From Naegleria gruberi (lineage: Eukaryota): DNA of 64,000 bases. How positions within the stretch are numbered: position 1 is the stretch's first letter; the number at the start of each line of letters is the position of its first letter. Below, one piece after another: positions 20,648 through 30,975 of this stretch. The notes beneath the pieces were generated by a model. That model saw only the letters and a program-made list of their open reading frames with translations. It was not told where the DNA came from and searched no databases. The stretch lies in assembly GCA_000004985.1 (NCBI GenBank), contig GG738848.1; one strand, 5' to 3'. Position numbers and translations under genes: made by a program.

Positions 20648-22321
20648 ATGATTTTAATGAAACCACAGGGGTGCATTTTGTGGGTTCTTGTGGCGGTGAT
20701 TATTTTCTTTGGACAAGTGACATTATCACATGATAATTACATAATTTTAATGCCATTTCCTGATGTATCACATATTGTAGATAGTAAACAGATTGCTAGA
20801 GCCATTTCCATTATGAATATTACTAGTCAACCTGATCATTTATTTATTATCAATACTAGTGATGAGAGACAAGTTGTCGATCAAAATAATCAAAATTATT
20901 CAATGATTAATATCAAGGATTATTCTCCATATCACAATGCAATCAAAGGAAATTTAATTGAGAGAGTAAGAGCATTGGTTAGTGATTCTCAAATGACAGA
21001 TAGATATCAAGCAATGGTTGGATATTATTTTGATATTTACGAACCAACAATTAGAGGATTGGATGAATTATTCGAAACTCATCCTCAACTTTCTACTATA
21101 GATCCATCAAAACTCTTCTTTGTCATTGATGGCATCTACTCACCAGCAATTGAATGGTCAAGGAAAAGAGGAATCAGACATATTACATTGGCAAACACTC
21201 TCATTCTCATTCCACATCAATATAAACCAAATATTTTCCCACGAATGATTTATGAAAGAACTAGTTTGAGAAGAGGAAGAGAAATTTTGGAAAATGAAGG
21301 AATTTTGAAATTCTTTATGAATAGAATTGAAGAAAAATTGTTGAGATTCTTTGATTTTTTGAGGAATGTTATTTCATTATCGAATAGATTGAATGAAGTG
21401 AGAAAAAATTTGGGATATGAATCTGTTATGGGACCATTTGTTGATAGTTCTGATAGAGCTTCTATTTATTTTTCACTTCCTGGATTCGATTATGCCACAC
21501 CTCTTCCTGTAAATTATCATCTTGTTGGATTTACTAATACCATTGTTGATAATACTAAACTAAACGAAAGGGATGAAATTGTTGATGGTTGGATGGAAAG
21601 AAGCAATGCGAATCAAATAATTTATCTTTCATTTGGTACAAAGGCAAGATTATCTATCAATCACACTTGTGATTTTATTAGAAATATTCTATCAATTAAT
21701 TCAACTTATAATATTTTGATTTCTGAAAGAATTAACACTTGGAGTGATTTTGAAAAATGTAGAGGAATTCTTCCAGAATGGAAAAACCAAGTTTTAGTTA
21801 GACCTTGGTTAAATCAAGCTAAGGTATTGAGTAATCCGAAAGTTAAAATTTTCATTTCACATGGAGGAGCTCATTCCCTATTCGAATCCATTGAAAATCA
21901 AGTTCCAATCATGTTATTCCCTCAATTTGCTGAACAATTCCTGAACAACATTCGAGCAGAAGATTTAGGTTTTGGAAGAGCAATTTATGATCCAGCCAAT
22001 TCAGTTGAATTTACAAAACTATACAATGAATTGATGGAAAATACAAAAATCAAAACAAATTTGAAAAAGTGGGACAAAATTAATCAATTTCACACTCAAC
22101 ATTTCACTCAACTCGCTCAACACAATCAAATTTCACCAAATTTATTAATGGCCGCCAATGTAATTGAAAATATTATTGAAAATGGTGACGAACATTTAAG
22201 ATCAACTGAGAAACAACTTTATTTTATTGAAACAATTGATATTGTGCATTTACTTTTACTTTTATTAGTATTGCCACTATTGTTATTTCTTTCAAAGAGA
22301 TTTTTATTGAGAAGATCATGA
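20648..22321 (+). CDS. UDP-glycosyltransferase (GT1/UGT family) with C-terminal membrane anchor
   Basis: UGT signature HGGAHSLFESIENQVPIMLFPQFAEQFLN (PSPG-like box). N-terminal signal peptide. C-terminal hydrophobic anchor IVHLLLLLLVLPLLLFL. Confidence 0.82.
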   Translation: MILMKPQGCILWVLVAVIIFFGQVTLSHDNYIILMPFPDVSHIVDSKQIARAISIMNITSQPDHLFIINTSDERQVVDQNNQNYSMINIKDYSPYHNAIKGNLIERVRALVSDSQMTDRYQAMVGYYFDIYEPTIRGLDELFETHPQLSTIDPSKLFFVIDGIYSPAIEWSRKRGIRHITLANTLILIPHQYKPNIFPRMIYERTSLRRGREILENEGILKFFMNRIEEKLLRFFDFLRNVISLSNRLNEVRKNLGYESVMGPFVDSSDRASIYFSLPGFDYATPLPVNYHLVGFTNTIVDNTKLNERDEIVDGWMERSNANQIIYLSFGTKARLSINHTCDFIRNILSINSTYNILISERINTWSDFEKCRGILPEWKNQVLVRPWLNQAKVLSNPKVKIFISHGGAHSLFESIENQVPIMLFPQFAEQFLNNIRAEDLGFGRAIYDPANSVEFTKLYNELMENTKIKTNLKKWDKINQFHTQHFTQLAQHNQISPNLLMAANVIENIIENGDEHLRSTEKQLYFIETIDIVHLLLLLLVLPLLLFLSKRFLLRRS

Positions 22322-22574
22322 TTTCCTTCATTCAAAAAATTCTCTCTTTACAATAAATTCTCATTCCAATAACAACTCAAACCCCAATATATTCATGACA
22401 GATACAAAAAATTAATATTTTGGACAATTAGATAGATTACCACCATAAAAGTTCACTCGTCCACTCTTCGCTAAATATTTTTCAAGCAACTCAAAACTTT
22501 AAAAAAAAACAACCAAGTCAATATATCTCCCTGTTGCTTGAGTGGAAAGTAATCAAAAAAGAAGGCTTTGAAAG

Positions 22575-25058
22575 ATGGGCAATACATCATCGGTGGATGT
22601 TTCATCAATGAATGATACTACATTCATAACTCTTCCTTCGAATTATGCATCAGATTTACCTCCGCATCAACAAAGCCTCACATCCTCATCACTTTCTAAT
22701 ATAGAATATTCTAAACAAGATTTGGAGAATATAAACATTGTAAAATCAAAGCTATTACACTATCTACAAGTAAAAGGACAAGAAAATCAAGTTCCTGATC
22801 ATGTTTTAAATTTCATCATTGAACCACTTTCAGTTGAAAATGAATTAAAAGGTTCCTACTTAAATTCTGATTGGAAAATTACATCAAGAATGGTTGAAAT
22901 TTATGAATTTATGTGTTTTAAATATGTTCACAATAGTCATCACTGTAAAGAAGAGAAGGATTATAAAAAACTGTTGAGTGTGATGAGAGCACATTTGGCA
23001 ACTGCTCATGCCAATTCATTGAATACTTTTGATTTAAATACTAGTACAATAAGTAATGCATCATCAAATGCTAATACTTCCATTGCTGGAGGTAATAGTT
23101 TGAATAATAGTTTGGTTGATGAATCTACAAGTCCTCCAACCATTTCTTCCTCAATTTCACCTCCGACTGGTCATTCTGTTTCAGAGCATCAACAGCAATC
23201 ACTACAGAGCATATCTCATAATGTGAGTAATACTGTAGAATCTGAAAGTGTTATCAGTAGTGGTGGAGCCGCAGAAAGTGTTTCTACAGCTGGAAATGTT
23301 TCATCTCCAACTACAGATAAGAAACTTGACCTTTCATCCAAACGAAAAAGTCAATCATTTAGTGGAATATCACAACTTAATTTAAATGAAATTCAAGATA
23401 ATTTACAAAGTGGAAAATCATCTGAAATTAAAAAGACAGCTGCCAGTTCATCATTTACTGAACAATCTAGAAAAGTTTCTTCACCAAAATCACCAAAAGA
23501 TGAAGCCGATGATAAGAATGATTCTACTGCAAGCAAATTGAAGAGAACTCTTTCTAACTTGAAAAAAGTACCAAAACTTAAGCTTCCTGAACTTTCCTTT
23601 TCGAAATCTCCAAAATCATCCCGTGCTAACAGTGTCAGTTCACCAAAAGATAATCACAGTAGCTCTGCTCTTTCAATAACTTCCTCTGCAAGTACATCCA
23701 ATTTAGAAACATTGGATAAGAGAGCATCAATGAGAAGTATTCTCGTTGACACTAAATCACTCAATCAATCATCACATAATTCACATCAACAAGATAATAG
23801 TGAACATCACCAAACAAGTGAACAAGATAAGGGTACAAAGATTGGACTTCTTAAAAAGTTGGGTTCTTTCAAAAAGACAAAATCTGGAAATAACCTCAGC
23901 CAGAATAATTCTGTTTCGAACACACCTCTAGTGGATCCTTTTGCTGATGAAGTAACATCAACAATTACCACAGTTCCAGATGTTGACAGAATTTTAGCAA
24001 ATACAGAACATGATTTTGATGATAAATTTAAGGCGCTCAAATCTCAGTACATTGAAGAGAGAAAACAAAAGAGAGAACAATATCACACTCACAATTTGTG
24101 TTTCAACGACCATGAATTTATGGAACATGAAAATTTTGAGCATGCCAAAGCAATAGATGATCTATTGGCTAAACGAGTTTGTTCAGGTAGAGAAGATGTT
24201 GTTAAGAATGAAATTGATATGAAACGACTCTTTTCTAAAAACGATGAGCTGCCTTCTTATATTAAGGAAAAGCTCGATATTATATCACATCAGAGAGATT
24301 TATCAAATCAATTGATAGGTATCAAATTATTGGTCATTGACTGTTCATGCAAACAATCTATTATTCGAATGCTTTCTCCTGTGAAGGAAACATTAGAATT
24401 CTCCAACAGTAAAACTAAAGGGTATGAATTGGGACTAGTGGTTGGACCTTGGTTATTAACTTATCATGAAGATGTTGGATTAGTTATTCCTTCAAAGATT
24501 ATTCCACCACTCGAAAATATACTATTTGACTTGGGAACTTTGGATTTATCCTCAAGTTTAGAACAACTATGTCAGGAATTATCCACTACAATCATTGAGT
24601 GGAATACAAAGAAATTTTACAGTAAGAACAATTCAGAAATGCCTGACTATCTTAAAGAGGTTTCTAAATTAAATATGACATCTGGCAGTTCCTATGACTT
24701 TGTGATGGAAATATTGAGTAATCTTGGAATTAGATTGAACCTATCTGATAATCCTTCTTTACAACTCTTATTTTCTAACATTAAGAATAACGGTTCATCT
24801 CCAATGGTTTGGATTACTGACAAGAATGAAGAAGTTGTATTTGAAACTCATGCACAACTCGATGAGTATGTGAACAATTTATCCAAGTCAAGCAATAATA
24901 CGATAGCAATGTATAGATCCTTGGATTGGGAACTTTTGAAATCATATGATAGAGTTTTTTGGGCTAAACATTTAACAACTATTGATAGTACATTTGATCC
25001 AAGCTTCAATCATGAAACTACAATTAACTGCCCTTTCAAACATCCTTATCTAATCTAA
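22575..25058 (+). CDS. Ser-rich protein with N-terminal myristoylation consensus and conserved C-terminal globular domain (827 aa), hypothetical
   Basis: MGNTSSV start (MGxxxS/T). Long S/T/N low-complexity middle. Structured C-terminal ~350 aa. Long ORF with coding codon bias. Confidence 0.5.
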   Translation: MGNTSSVDVSSMNDTTFITLPSNYASDLPPHQQSLTSSSLSNIEYSKQDLENINIVKSKLLHYLQVKGQENQVPDHVLNFIIEPLSVENELKGSYLNSDWKITSRMVEIYEFMCFKYVHNSHHCKEEKDYKKLLSVMRAHLATAHANSLNTFDLNTSTISNASSNANTSIAGGNSLNNSLVDESTSPPTISSSISPPTGHSVSEHQQQSLQSISHNVSNTVESESVISSGGAAESVSTAGNVSSPTTDKKLDLSSKRKSQSFSGISQLNLNEIQDNLQSGKSSEIKKTAASSSFTEQSRKVSSPKSPKDEADDKNDSTASKLKRTLSNLKKVPKLKLPELSFSKSPKSSRANSVSSPKDNHSSSALSITSSASTSNLETLDKRASMRSILVDTKSLNQSSHNSHQQDNSEHHQTSEQDKGTKIGLLKKLGSFKKTKSGNNLSQNNSVSNTPLVDPFADEVTSTITTVPDVDRILANTEHDFDDKFKALKSQYIEERKQKREQYHTHNLCFNDHEFMEHENFEHAKAIDDLLAKRVCSGREDVVKNEIDMKRLFSKNDELPSYIKEKLDIISHQRDLSNQLIGIKLLVIDCSCKQSIIRMLSPVKETLEFSNSKTKGYELGLVVGPWLLTYHEDVGLVIPSKIIPPLENILFDLGTLDLSSSLEQLCQELSTTIIEWNTKKFYSKNNSEMPDYLKEVSKLNMTSGSSYDFVMEILSNLGIRLNLSDNPSLQLLFSNIKNNGSSPMVWITDKNEEVVFETHAQLDEYVNNLSKSSNNTIAMYRSLDWELLKSYDRVFWAKHLTTIDSTFDPSFNHETTINCPFKHPYLI

Positions 25059-25060
25059 CT

Positions 25061-26368
25061 TTATAATTTGTTTATCAAATTTACAATTCCAGTAACGGTT
25101 CTCATGTAATGATCAGGTAAAAAGTCAATAAACAAGTGGAAACTATGAAGTGGAATATTTTCTCTCTGAATACTGACACTGGAACTGGTTGCTTTCAAAT
25201 TATCAATAACAGTTTCAATTTCATGACTAAATCTCTCTCTGCCAGAGTATGAAATAAACATTCCCTTTGGCAGAACAGATGAAACTCTTTGCCATTGATC
25301 TGCTGTCCACAGATATGGAGAGAATTGTTTGACTCTTTCCTCTTCACCAAGACCACATGGAATACCATTTAGTTTCCACTCTCTCAAATCAGTATTTCTC
25401 ACAAGTCTATCCTGATGAAATAAATCTGATAATTCTGGTGTTGCCATTTGTAAATCACACCAAGGACTCAACAAGATAGCACCTTTTAGGGCTGTCATGT
25501 ATTTCCCTTCCGTTGATGAATCCAATTGAGACAGTTTATCTGCCAGTAACCAACACAAATTAGCCCCAGCACTCTCGCCAATGACATAAATTTCAGAATG
25601 ACCCTTTTCTTCCACTAGCCATTTCAAAGATCTTAATGCTTCCTCAATTATTCCTTCAATTTCTCCCAATGGAAAAGTTGTGTATTCCAATCCTAATAAG
25701 TCGAACTTATGCTCTGAGCACCATCGTTCATGAATGTAACATAATTCTCCAACACCTGTCACATAGGCGCCACCATGGAAATGTAAGATGGCGACCTTTC
25801 TGCTTTCATTCCTTGCAAAATTAAAGAAAAAACTCTTTACAGAACTTCCCTTTAAGGTAAAATCAGGGAATTCATCAGGTTGATTAAAAGGTCCTGCATT
25901 CAAAGCAAATATAGCATTACTTGATTTCTTCTTCATTTTGGCCAAGTTTTCAGCAATTTGTTCTTTTGTATATGGTTTCAAATCCTTCGGAAGAGCTTTT
26001 AAATTATACTTTAATGGACCAAAAACAGAGTCAGCTACTCTAATGGTGGCCAATTCTCTACAATCCAATCCTTGCAGTACAATGGCTCTATATAATTCTG
26101 CCTTCTCTTTATCATTTAAATTTTCCTTACTCGACAACTCTTGAATAAGCTGAGGATGGTTTGGTTTACGAATTGAAATATCAGAACACTCCAACCAATA
26201 GAAATAATTATAGATAGAGTAGGAAATCATCGCCATTAAACTCCTCTTATAAACTCTCTTGCCGATTATTAAGAGGGTTGCTACTGTGGCTGTAAGACCA
26301 ACTACAAAGAACATTTGATGACCTTTTTTCTTGTTTTTTTTAATATTAATAAAAGCCATAAAGTTCAT
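25061..26368 (-). CDS. Alpha/beta-hydrolase fold-3 esterase/lipase with N-terminal membrane anchor
   Basis: Oxyanion-hole HFHGGAY and nucleophile elbow GESAGANL (GxSxG). N-terminal TM FFVVGLTATVATLLIIG. Confidence 0.78.
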   Translation of the reverse strand: MNFMAFINIKKNKKKGHQMFFVVGLTATVATLLIIGKRVYKRSLMAMISYSIYNYFYWLECSDISIRKPNHPQLIQELSSKENLNDKEKAELYRAIVLQGLDCRELATIRVADSVFGPLKYNLKALPKDLKPYTKEQIAENLAKMKKKSSNAIFALNAGPFNQPDEFPDFTLKGSSVKSFFFNFARNESRKVAILHFHGGAYVTGVGELCYIHERWCSEHKFDLLGLEYTTFPLGEIEGIIEEALRSLKWLVEEKGHSEIYVIGESAGANLCWLLADKLSQLDSSTEGKYMTALKGAILLSPWCDLQMATPELSDLFHQDRLVRNTDLREWKLNGIPCGLGEEERVKQFSPYLWTADQWQRVSSVLPKGMFISYSGRERFSHEIETVIDNLKATSSSVSIQRENIPLHSFHLFIDFLPDHYMRTVTGIVNLINKL

Positions 26369-26394
26369 CTAATTTAAGGAGGCAAAAGGTTAAG

Positions 26395-26467
26395 TGGAGA
26401 TGCGGGGTATCGATCCCCGTACCTCTTCCATGCTAAAGAAGCGCTCTACCATGTGAGCTACATCCCC
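26395..26467 (-). tRNA. tRNA-Ala (anticodon AGC)
   Basis: Minus strand reads GGGGATGTAGCTCACATGGTAGAGCGCTTCTTTAGCATGGAAGAGGTACGGGGATCGATACCCCGCATCTCCA. Cloverleaf with G3:U70-type acceptor, anticodon loop TTAGCAT and T-arm GGGGATCGATACCCC. No encoded CCA. Confidence 0.85.
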
Positions 26468-27181
26468 TTACATTCATATTGAAAATATTTTATTGTTGAA
26501 CAGCAAACTCAGTCGAGGAAGGGCGTGAAATGTTTCCACGAATGGGATTTGACTGAAAGAAATGATGGAACGTTTCCAGATATTGTTGAGGCTGTTCATG
26601 AGATACCTTTTATTTCTAGTTATAAGGGAGATGAGGAACTTGACAACATATTCGAAAGTATGCATTTAGAGTAACTTCTCTGATGCTAGATTATCATCAC
26701 TAGACACAGATTATTGAGTTCTTACTAATATATCGAATAGATATGAGTGTAACAGAAAATACATGGAACAGAATTCTCATTTTCAACATAACTCTTTGTG
26801 GATTGGAAAAAATCAGGCAATCTTCTATTGTTATCATTTGCAACTGTAAACATTCCTGCATCCTTCAAAGGAATTGGAATAAACATAGAGTGAGGGGACG
26901 AAAATTCTTTCACGATACCAGTAAATTACTTGTTTTTGAAAAATTGAATAGACCAGCAAAAATGTTCCTTCAAGTCATGATGACGGAAAATTGCCCAGAA
27001 CATCAATGATTGTAAAGTACGATTGATGATGCTTGATTGATGTGTCCCTCTGTCTGACACTCCTGTTACCAGATAAAAAAAAATTACACACAATCCTGAG
27101 CATACAGTTGTGTTAATAACTCATTAAAAGCACTAAAGAACACTCGGTTACCGTTTCAACAAAGCAGTATCAAATTTCACA

Positions 27182-29173
27182 ATGAGCAAGGGAAGAGACG
27201 CAATTCTTAGATGGTGCCAACGTAACTCTTATGGTTATGATGGTGTAGAAATTGATAATTTTGATTCATCATTTGCCAGTGGTTTGGCATTCTGTGCTCT
27301 CTTGGACAGTGTAAGTTGTTTCTTTCACAAAATTCTAATTCTAGGTTTTTAAAATTTTAATCAATTTGATGATTTGAATTTTTCAATTTTAATATTTTCA
27401 AATTCTTGTGATGATGGTGATAATTGTTTTTTAATTTTTTACTCTGTGTAGCAACGTCCTGATCTTCTTAAGGAATCTGGATTGGAATGGAGCGACTTGG
27501 TTAATGATTTTAGCAGAAATGAAAGATTAGAATGGGCTTTCGGAAAGGCTGATGAAATTGGCATTCCAAGATTGTTGGACCCAGAAGATGTTGATGAACA
27601 AAAACCAGATCCAAAGGTTGTAATAACCTATCTCTCTGGAATGATTCGTTTCTTCCAGGAGGATGATGGTGGATCAGAGGCTACCATTGATAGACCAACT
27701 GGTTCTTTCGCTGCTTCCATTGATGATTTAATTAATGGTGGTGGAAAGAAGAAGCCTTCTGGTGGTGATCAAACACCTCCACCATCATCAGCTAAGGTTC
27801 CACAATTAAAGGCTACCGGAAAGTCTGATTCAACACCACCTGCTGCCTCTCCTAGAAAAGATGTACCAGTTGAAAAACAATTGGAAAATCTTGAAAAGAT
27901 GTACCAAAAGGGTTTACTTAACGAAGAATCCTATGAAAAGAGTAAACAAAAGATTATGGAAAAGATTAAGGAACAACAAGCCCAATTGAGTGCTAGAAGT
28001 GATCATTCTTCAAATTCCGAAACTTCATCCAATTCATCATCTTCTCAACAAACAACAAGTGAAGATAAGACACAAAAGGCTCTTGCCAACTTGCAAAAAC
28101 TCTATGAAAAGGGTACTTTATCTGAAGAAGAATATAAGAAGGCAGTTGAAAAATTGAAGGCTAAATCAGCTCCAGTTACTACAAGTGAAGTCAAACCACA
28201 ACAAACAACTGAACAATCATCATCTTCATCTTCAGTTGATACATCAAAATTCTCTCCAGAACAATTGAAGCAATATGAAAAATTGACCAAGATGCTTCAA
28301 AGTGGTTTATTAGGAGAAGCTGAATATCAAAAATCATTGAATAATTTAATTGATAAGGTCAACAAGTCTCAACCAAGTACAAGCTCACAACAAGAATCTC
28401 CAGTTGTCACCAAACAACCAAATCCACTCATTGAAAAGATTCAAGATACCAAAAAGTTGAATAATTTGAAGACTCTCCTCAACAAGGGTGTCATTACTGA
28501 AGAAGAATTTGATAAATCGATCACTAAGCTCTATCAACAAGAACAAGAAAAGCAAAATTCTGCTCCTTCCACTCCTCCACCAACTGCTGAACCATCATTT
28601 GATGGTGTTGATATTGATAGTTTGAAGGAAGAAGATTTTGATGAAAAGACTAAAGGACGTGTTAAGGCCATTGAAAGAATGTACAAGGCAGGTCTCTTCA
28701 AGGATAACGAATATGCCCATGCTAGAAGAAAGGCCATTATGCAAGGTCTTCAAGAAGCTGGTGGTAAATTCACTCCATCTCCTGTTACTGAAACAAAGGA
28801 ACCTGAAGTCAAGCCAGTTGCTGAAGAAAAGCCACAAAAGAAGAGAACTAACAGTGTTTTCATCCAACAACCTAATCTTCCAAAGGAAATTAATGCTGAT
28901 GTTGAGGATTATCGTATTCTCTATGAAAAGTTGTTGAAGGAACACGAAAAATTGGCAGCTGACTTTGATGAAATTCAAGAAGATTATGAGGAATTGAAGG
29001 AACAATTATCTACTGTCTATGATGAAAAGAAGAAGGATGTTGAAGTTCCAGAAGAACTCAAACCAGTCTTGAAGAAGATTGGCCTCAAGAAGAAGCAATC
29101 TGGTAAGAAATTGGATGTTGTCATTATTTATTCTTCTGATGATTCTCTCGTCACTGAAAAGGTCACTCTTTAA
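27182..29173 (+). CDS. Calponin-homology (CH) domain protein followed by five SHOCT-like repeats. Two exons: 27182-27310, 27452-29173
   Basis: CH domain …ILRWCQRNSYGYDGVEIDNFDSSFASGLAFCALLDS|QRPDLLKESGLEWSDL… is split by a 141-nt GTAAGT…GTAG intron. Five ~30-aa repeats follow: LENLEKMYQKGLLNEESYEKSK / LANLQKLYEKGTLSEEEYKKAV / LKQYEKLTKMLQSGLLGEAEYQKSL / LNNLKTLLNKGVITEEEFDKSI / VKAIERMYKAGLFKDNEYAHAR. They are separated by S/T/P/Q linkers, and a C-terminal coiled coil follows. Confidence 0.72.
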
Positions 29174-29331
29174 AATTGTAAATAAACTCTATAAAACTGA
29201 AAAGAATCCAAAATATTATGCATAATGGACCAAAAGATCTTTTCATCCATACATAATCACCAATTGATTGATTGTAATACATCAAAATTTGACATTTATT
29301 GATAGGATAATAAAAACATATTCAAATAAAA

Positions 29332-30396
29332 ATGATTCAACAAGATCCGTCATCTTCAGAGCAAAATCAACAACAACAACATCACCACAATGATGAAAAT
29401 GTTCCGAAAACAAAACAACGAAAATTAAGTATTCGAGAAGTCGAAGAGAGACACACATTCAGAATTGCCTCTTTCAATGTAGAAAACTTGTATGGTAGAT
29501 ATTGCTTTAACAAGGCACAAATGGCAAAGATATCCAAGCAATGTTTGGGACGCAAAGGAAGTCTTGAATTTGGTGTCAATGATGTACAAACTAATTTAAC
29601 TATTGCTGATGAAGATAGTAAAAGAATTACAGCTGAAGCAATAAAACAAGTGAATGCAGATGTGATTTGTTTGATGGAGGTGGAATCTTTGCAAGTATTG
29701 GACTCGTTCAATGAAAAATATTTACAATCAATGAATTATGCCTATTCAATTTTAATAGATGGAAGAGATCCTCGTAGTATTGATGTTGGAGTTTTATCAA
29801 GATATCCAATTGTAAATATTCGTTCAAATAGACATGCTACCTATCCAGGTGAAAAGACCAGATACATTTTCTCAAGAGATTTACTTGAATTGGATATTGA
29901 ATTTCCAGGAAATAATAATTTGACAATTTATGCAACTCATTTGACATCTATGAGTAAGGGAAGAGAAGAATCAAAAGATAGAAGACTTGTACAAGTTGAT
30001 TATATTTGTGATAGAATTGAAAAATCTTGGAAAGATAAGAATTATAAGGGAAATTTCATTGTTTTGGGTGATATGAATGACTATAATGATTCTGAAACAA
30101 GTTTAGGAAAATTATTGAAACATGACCACATGGCTGACATTATTTCACAAAGATTGCCATCTGATGAACAATGGACTCACTATTACAATAGAGGTAATGC
30201 TTACAATCAACTTGATTACATGTTTATTTCAAAACATTTACTTCTTAGAAACCCAAGAGCTAAACCAGTTATCTTCAGAAAGGGTCTCCCAAAAAGAGCC
30301 CATTCTTTCACTGGAAAAAGAATTAAGGGTGTTGGCCAAAATGAACCAAAGGCCTCAGATCATTGTCCAGTCTATGTCGACCTATCATTTGACTAG
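29332..30396 (+). CDS. Endonuclease/exonuclease/phosphatase (EEP) family protein
   Basis: EEP motifs: FRIASFNVENL, VICLMEV, …GDMND…, terminal SDHCPVYVDL. ATG 29332. Confidence 0.78.
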   Translation: MIQQDPSSSEQNQQQQHHHNDENVPKTKQRKLSIREVEERHTFRIASFNVENLYGRYCFNKAQMAKISKQCLGRKGSLEFGVNDVQTNLTIADEDSKRITAEAIKQVNADVICLMEVESLQVLDSFNEKYLQSMNYAYSILIDGRDPRSIDVGVLSRYPIVNIRSNRHATYPGEKTRYIFSRDLLELDIEFPGNNNLTIYATHLTSMSKGREESKDRRLVQVDYICDRIEKSWKDKNYKGNFIVLGDMNDYNDSETSLGKLLKHDHMADIISQRLPSDEQWTHYYNRGNAYNQLDYMFISKHLLLRNPRAKPVIFRKGLPKRAHSFTGKRIKGVGQNEPKASDHCPVYVDLSFD

Positions 30397-30975
30397 TACT
30401 AACATTTAAGATCCAATTGTATAAACTGGAGATGTTTAATCTTCAAAATTTAGGACAATAATTGCCTCACTTTCTCCAATAACTTTTGTACAAAAGATAT
30501 TGAAGAAACAGCCATAATAAAAAATGAATCATCAAAATCTCTAATGGAATAGTTGAGTAATCAGGTAAAAATTGAGAAGTATAAAACTGCAGAGGTCACT
30601 TCCGGGTTTTTTACAGCAATCACCTTCCATGACCCTAACCTGCAGCTCGAGGCATTCTTGGGAAGAGAGTTCGGTTTGCAGTATGATTGCTACCAAATCA
30701 TTCATCCAGTGATCTATTAGAAAATTTATTGAAATTAATATTTTTTACTTTTGGTTGCAAAATATTTGCAAATATCAAAAATTTGCGTAAATTTACGTTC
30801 ACTTCGCCAATAGGAGACTAAAGTCTACAACACAAGAATCCCTTGAAGATAATTCAACAATCTCCATATACGCCTTGTACATTTTCACCTTTCCAACATT
30901 TTCCAATTGAAATATGGATTATTTAACAAGTGAACCATTACCACTTAGACCCTTAGATTCTAGAAATAGGATAAG

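Noticed and set aside
26474-27009. Small ORFs (62-88 aa) between the tRNA and the CH-domain gene
   Set aside because: They are short, on both strands, and have no coding bias or motifs. The region is more plausibly promoter/5' UTR of the CH-domain gene starting at 27182.
30598-30660. CTGCAG…CTGCAGCTCGAG (PstI/PstI/XhoI) looking like a cloning polylinker
   Set aside because: The flanking sequence is native-looking AT-rich DNA with no other vector hallmarks. It is treated as coincidence, though a vector screen would settle it.
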